From positions 2,400,001 through 2,464,000 of the forward strand of contig OY968762.1 of NCBI GenBank assembly GCA_963695225.1: DNA of 64,000 nucleotides, given 5' to 3'. This document shows positions 60,550 through 64,000 of this stretch, piece after piece. The translations under genes and the position numbers were made by a program. The notes beneath the pieces were generated by a model. The model saw only the letters and a program-made list of their open reading frames with translations. It had not been told where the DNA came from and did no database searches. Source of the DNA: Vulcanimicrobiota bacterium. Its GTDB lineage: Bacteria; Vulcanimicrobiota; Vulcanimicrobiia; Vulcanimicrobiales; Vulcanimicrobiaceae. Numbering within the stretch: the stretch's first letter is position 1; each line of letters begins with the position of its first letter.

Positions 60550-61710
60550 ATGAAGTTGATGGAGTACCAGGGGAAAGAGCTGTTTCGCGCCGTCGGGATT
60601 CCGACGCCGCGCGGCGTGCACGCGACGAGCGCCGCCGAAGTGCGGGCGTTCATCGAGGCCAACCCGGGTTCGTGGGTGCTCAAGAGTCAAGTCATGATGG
60701 GCGGGCGCGGGAAGGCGGGCGGCATCAAGTTCGCCGATACGGCCGCCGAGGGCGAAGCGATCGCGAGCGAGCTGATCGGGAAGGTGCTCAAGAGCATCCA
60801 GAACCCCGCCGGCGAGGAAGTGAAATCGCTGCTCGTCGAGGAGAAGGTTGCGATCGTGAGCGAGGCTTACGTTTCGATCACGATCGATCGCTCGTCGAAG
60901 AAGCCCGTGATCATCGTGACCTCGCAGGGCGGGATGGACGTCGAGGAAGTCGCCGAGCACCATCCCGACGCGATCTCGAAGTACTGGGTCGATCCCGCGA
61001 TCGGGTTCTCGCCGTTCATGGCGCGCAGGCTCGCCTTCAGCTCGAAGCTTCCCGCCGGTTTCCATAAGGCGTTCCCGAAGATCGTCGGCTCGCTCTACAC
61101 GCTCTTCATGGAGTACGGCGCGAATCTCGTCGAGATCAACCCGCTCGCGCTGACGAAAGACGGCGCCGTGATCGCCTCCGATGCGAAGGTCGATCTCGAC
61201 GACAACGGGCTCTACAAGCATCCCGCGCTCAAGAAGTGGCAAGATAACGAACCGGCCGAAGGCGACGAAGCGGTCGCGCTCTCGGTGGGCCTCGGACGCA
61301 GCAACTACGCGAAGTTCACGGGCTCCGTCGGGACGATCGCGAACGGCGCGGGGCTCGCGATGGGGACGATGGACGCCGTCAAGAACGCCGGCGGCCAGGT
61401 GGCGAACTTCCTCGATATCGGGGGCGGGGCGCAGGCGGAACTCGTGCGCAAGTGCTACGCGCTCGTCGTCAGCGATCCGAACGTCAAATCGATGTTCATC
61501 AACATCTTCGGCGGCATCACGCGCGGCGATCAAGTCGCCAAGGGCATCGTCGAGGCGTTGGCCGGGAACGAACTGCGCAAGGTGCCGCTCGTCGTGCGTT
61601 TGACCGGAACGAACGAGAAGGAAGGCCGCGAGATCCTCGCCGCCGCGGGGATGAACCCCGTCGAAACGATGGACGAAGGCGCGCGGCGCGCCGTCGAACT
61701 CGCGAAGTAG
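60550..61710 (+). CDS. sucC: Succinyl-CoA synthetase beta subunit
   Basis: [25 protein letters not shown]...[29 protein letters not shown]. Confidence 0.95.
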   Translation: MKLMEYQGKELFRAVGIPTPRGVHATSAAEVRAFIEANPGSWVLKSQVMMGGRGKAGGIKFADTAAEGEAIASELIGKVLKSIQNPAGEEVKSLLVEEKVAIVSEAYVSITIDRSSKKPVIIVTSQGGMDVEEVAEHHPDAISKYWVDPAIGFSPFMARRLAFSSKLPAGFHKAFPKIVGSLYTLFMEYGANLVEINPLALTKDGAVIASDAKVDLDDNGLYKHPALKKWQDNEPAEGDEAVALSVGLGRSNYAKFTGSVGTIANGAGLAMGTMDAVKNAGGQVANFLDIGGGAQAELVRKCYALVVSDPNVKSMFINIFGGITRGDQVAKGIVEALAGNELRKVPLVVRLTGTNEKEGREILAAAGMNPVETMDEGARRAVELAK

Positions 61711-61732
61711 CAGCAGAGAAAGGCGCAGACTC

Positions 61733-62614
61733 GTGGCAATCTTCCTCGACAAGAACTCGAAGGTCATCGTCCAGGGCATCACCGGGCGCGAAGGGCTCTT
61801 CCACACGCAGCGCATGCTCGCGTACGGCACGAACATCGTCGGCGGCGTTACGCCCGGGAAGGGCGGCAGCACGATCGAGAGCGGGCAGCCGGTCTTCGAT
61901 ACCGTGGCGGATGCGGTCAAGGCGACCGGCGCGACGCACACGGTCATCTTCGTCCCACCGGCGTTCGCCTCCGATGCGCTCTACGAAGCGTACGATGCAG
62001 GCATCGCGCTCGCGGTCTGCATCACCGAGGGGATTCCGGCGCACGACATGCTGCGCGTCGTCGCGACGACGCCCGGGATGCGCATCGTCGGGCCGAATTG
62101 CCCGGGCCTGATCTCGCCCGGAAAGTCCCTGATCGGCATCATGCCGGGGCACATCTTCAAGGAGGGGCGGATCGGGATGATCTCGCGCTCAGGGACGCTG
62201 ACCTACGAGATCGTCGACGGCCTCACGAAGGCCGGGCTCGGCCAGTCGACGTGCGTGGGGATCGGCGGCGACCCGATCATCGGGACCACGTTCGTCGATT
62301 GCCTGCGCGCCTTCGCCAACGACCCGGAGACCGACGCGGTCGTAGTCTGCGGCGAGATCGGCGGGTCCGATGAAGAGGATGCGGCCGCATTCATCAAGGC
62401 ACATTTGCCGGATAAACCGGCGGTCGCATTCATCGGAGGCCGGTCCGCGCCGGAAGGCAAGAGGCTCGGCCACGCAGGCGCGATCATCTCCGGGAAGACG
62501 GGGACGCCGCAAAGCAAGGTCGATGCGTTCAACGATGCGGGCGTTCCCGTCGCGGACCGGCCTTCCCAGATCCCGCAACTGTTGCAGCAGCGGTTGGCGA
62601 CGGCGCGCACGTAA
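61733..62614 (+). CDS. sucD: Succinyl-CoA synthetase alpha subunit
   Basis: [47 protein letters not shown]. Confidence 0.96.
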   Translation: MAIFLDKNSKVIVQGITGREGLFHTQRMLAYGTNIVGGVTPGKGGSTIESGQPVFDTVADAVKATGATHTVIFVPPAFASDALYEAYDAGIALAVCITEGIPAHDMLRVVATTPGMRIVGPNCPGLISPGKSLIGIMPGHIFKEGRIGMISRSGTLTYEIVDGLTKAGLGQSTCVGIGGDPIIGTTFVDCLRAFANDPETDAVVVCGEIGGSDEEDAAAFIKAHLPDKPAVAFIGGRSAPEGKRLGHAGAIISGKTGTPQSKVDAFNDAGVPVADRPSQIPQLLQQRLATART

Positions 62615-62659
62615 CGGCGCGACGGAGGCCTTTCGTCGCGGGCGCGCGTACCTGAGGGC

Positions 62660-62869
62660 GTGCGTTACGGATATCAATGCGAGGAATGCGAAGAAGCGGT
62701 TTGGCCCGCGACGACGCACGCCGAACTCCGCTGGCTCAAGGACCGGCGGCACGTCGTCCTCGAGGTTTCGCGGCACGTCACGGCCGGGCTCGATTCTTGG
62801 ATCGTCGAGGGACTCGAATTCCTCGAGCGCCACGCCGGACACAGCGTGATCCTAGCGCAACGTCCATAG
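62660..62869 (+). CDS. Small hypothetical protein with CxxC and C-terminal HxxH
   Basis: MRYGYQCEECEE...FLERHAGH. Fills the gap before a terminator hairpin. Confidence 0.6.
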   Translation: MRYGYQCEECEEAVWPATTHAELRWLKDRRHVVLEVSRHVTAGLDSWIVEGLEFLERHAGHSVILAQRP

Positions 62870-62876
62870 AGGCCGG

Positions 62877-62906
62877 AAAAAAAAGAGGAGCGCATCCGTG
62901 CGCTCC
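62877..62906 (-). terminator. Rho-independent terminator for the LysM gene
   Basis: GGAGCGCA-TCCG-TGCGCTCC preceded on + by an A8 run. Confidence 0.75.
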
Positions 62907-62929
62907 CGTCCCGGCGCGGGTTCCGTCGC

Positions 62930-63223
62930 CTACAGCGGAATCCTGAGTCGCTGCCCGGGAACGATCGTTGCCGAGGACAGATGATTCGCCGCCATGATCG
63001 CATCGATCGTGTCTTCGACATTCTGGCCATCGGTGGTGTGCGCGGCGGCGAGGCGCCAGAGGCTGTCGCCCGACCGCACGGAGATCGAAGTGTAATGCGT
63101 CGGCGTCGCGGCGTGGAGGCCGGACGACGAGAGCGTCGGGATCGCCACGAGCGCGCCCAGAGCGGCCAATGCCACGGCCGGCATCAGGGTGAACCGCTTG
63201 CGCTTCAGGGAGATCATCTCCAT
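62930..63223 (-). CDS. TM plus LysM protein, YneA-like SOS cell-division inhibitor
   Basis: One TM then VRSGDSLW.LA...I..AN.L....IVPGQ.L.IP. Divergent from lexA with SOS boxes. Confidence 0.8.
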   Translation of the reverse strand: MEMISLKRKRFTLMPAVALAALGALVAIPTLSSSGLHAATPTHYTSISVRSGDSLWRLAAAHTTDGQNVEDTIDAIMAANHLSSATIVPGQRLRIPL

Positions 63224-63245
63224 GCTCCTTGCCCATATGTTGGGC

Positions 63246-63345
63246 CAAACGCCTGTTCGTCCCCCATATTTTAGCAGGGCATTCTGCCGCGGTCAAGGGC
63301 GTATGCGAACGTATGTTTGCATTTTTGGGCCGGAAATGGTACCGT
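63246..63345. promoter_or_regulatory. Two LexA boxes (63246-63259, 63306-63319) and back-to-back promoters
   Basis: CGAAC-AGGC-GTTTG (minus) and CGAAC-GTAT-GTTTG (plus). Minus promoter TTGACC-N17-TAAAAT (63296-63268), plus promoter TTGCAT-N17-TACCGT (63317-63345), both with extended TG. Confidence 0.85.
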
Positions 63346-63398
63346 TGGGAACAATTCGCGGCGCCATTTTGCGCCGCCGTCACGTCAAGGAGGCATCC

Positions 63399-64000
63399 GT
63401 GGCAGACCGTGCCCCGACGGAGCGTCAAGCACGCATTCTCGAGGTCATCCGCACGTTCTCGGAGGAGCGCGGCTACCCGCCCTCCGTCCGCGAGATCGGC
63501 GAACGCGTCGGGCTCTCGTCGCCCTCGACCGTCCAGGCCCACCTCAAGACGCTCGAACGCCGCGGGCTCATCTTTCGCGATCCGACGAAGCCCCGCGCGC
63601 TCGTCTCGACGACCCAGCAAGCGGAGCGCGCTGAGGCGAGGGCCGAGCCCGACTACGGCGTCCTGCCGATCGTCGGCAAGGTCGCAGCCGGCACACCGAT
63701 CACGGCGACGGAGAATCTCGAAGGCGAGTTCATCCTGCCGGCCTCGTTCGCGCGCCGCCCGAACACGTTCATCCTGCGCGTCAAGGGCGACTCGATGATC
63801 GAAGCGGCGATCCTCGACGGCGATTTGATCGTCGTTTCGCCTCAGCCGAGCGCGGAGAACGGCGAGATCGTCGTCGCGATGGTCGACGGTGAAGCGACCG
63901 TGAAGCGCTTCTATCGCGAAGCGGGGCGCATCCGCTTGCAGCCCGCGAACGTCACGATGGACCCGATCTACGCCGCCGACGCGACGATCGTGGGCCGCGT
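63399..64000 (+). CDS. lexA: LexA repressor (runs off window edge)
   Basis: Manual translation from GTG 63399 after AAGGAGG: T.RQ..IL...GYPPSVREIG..VGL.S.STV..HL..LE, GKVAAG.PI, LRVKGDSM, EATVKRF. Confidence 0.95.
   Translation, partial: MADRAPTERQARILEVIRTFSEERGYPPSVREIGERVGLSSPSTVQAHLKTLERRGLIFRDPTKPRALVSTTQQAERAEARAEPDYGVLPIVGKVAAGTPITATENLEGEFILPASFARRPNTFILRVKGDSMIEAAILDGDLIVVSPQPSAENGEIVVAMVDGEATVKRFYREAGRIRLQPANVTMDPIYAADATIVGR

Overview
High-GC (roughly 70% by eye) chromosomal window from a diderm bacterium that has Gram-positive-type regulation (GAAC-N4-GTTY SOS boxes, CIRCE, mfd-prsA-mazG-S4 synteny, lexA/yneA-like pair). The gene style suggests Eremiobacterota/WPS-2, which is an inference. 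Core genes include mfd, prsA, mazG, hsp20, pdp, deoB, dacB, thiolase-hbd-acyl-CoA dehydrogenase, sucCD, lexA and an ECF sigma/anti-sigma operon. Cell-envelope glycan genes are abundant: AT3-SGNH, GT87-like, O-antigen ligase-like, GtrB-like, rmlC, glf, priming GT, murJ, WbpB/E/D/I-like, gmd and rmd. Also present are dispersed lysine-degradation genes (kal, kamD/E), nickel-pincer cofactor genes (larB, larC, larE, no larA), a hicAB pair and a TonB-dependent-receptor-like gene. The best novelty candidates are: (1) a duplicated LptD/OstA-like barrel plus CBM20-like partner module coupled to rmlC-glf; (2) a modular multi-hairpin repeat family (3 copies) whose mismatches all favour one folding strand, with a local G/C skew flip across two copies; (3) two lipoproteins sharing six near-identical copies of an unrecognised ~92-aa domain but with different propeller tips; (4) a 6S-like structured RNA candidate; (5) three dispersed paralogous small secreted proteins, each beside a glycosylation gene. 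No CRISPR, rRNA, tRNA, transposase or integrase was seen. All calls come from motif recognition by eye, without database searches.
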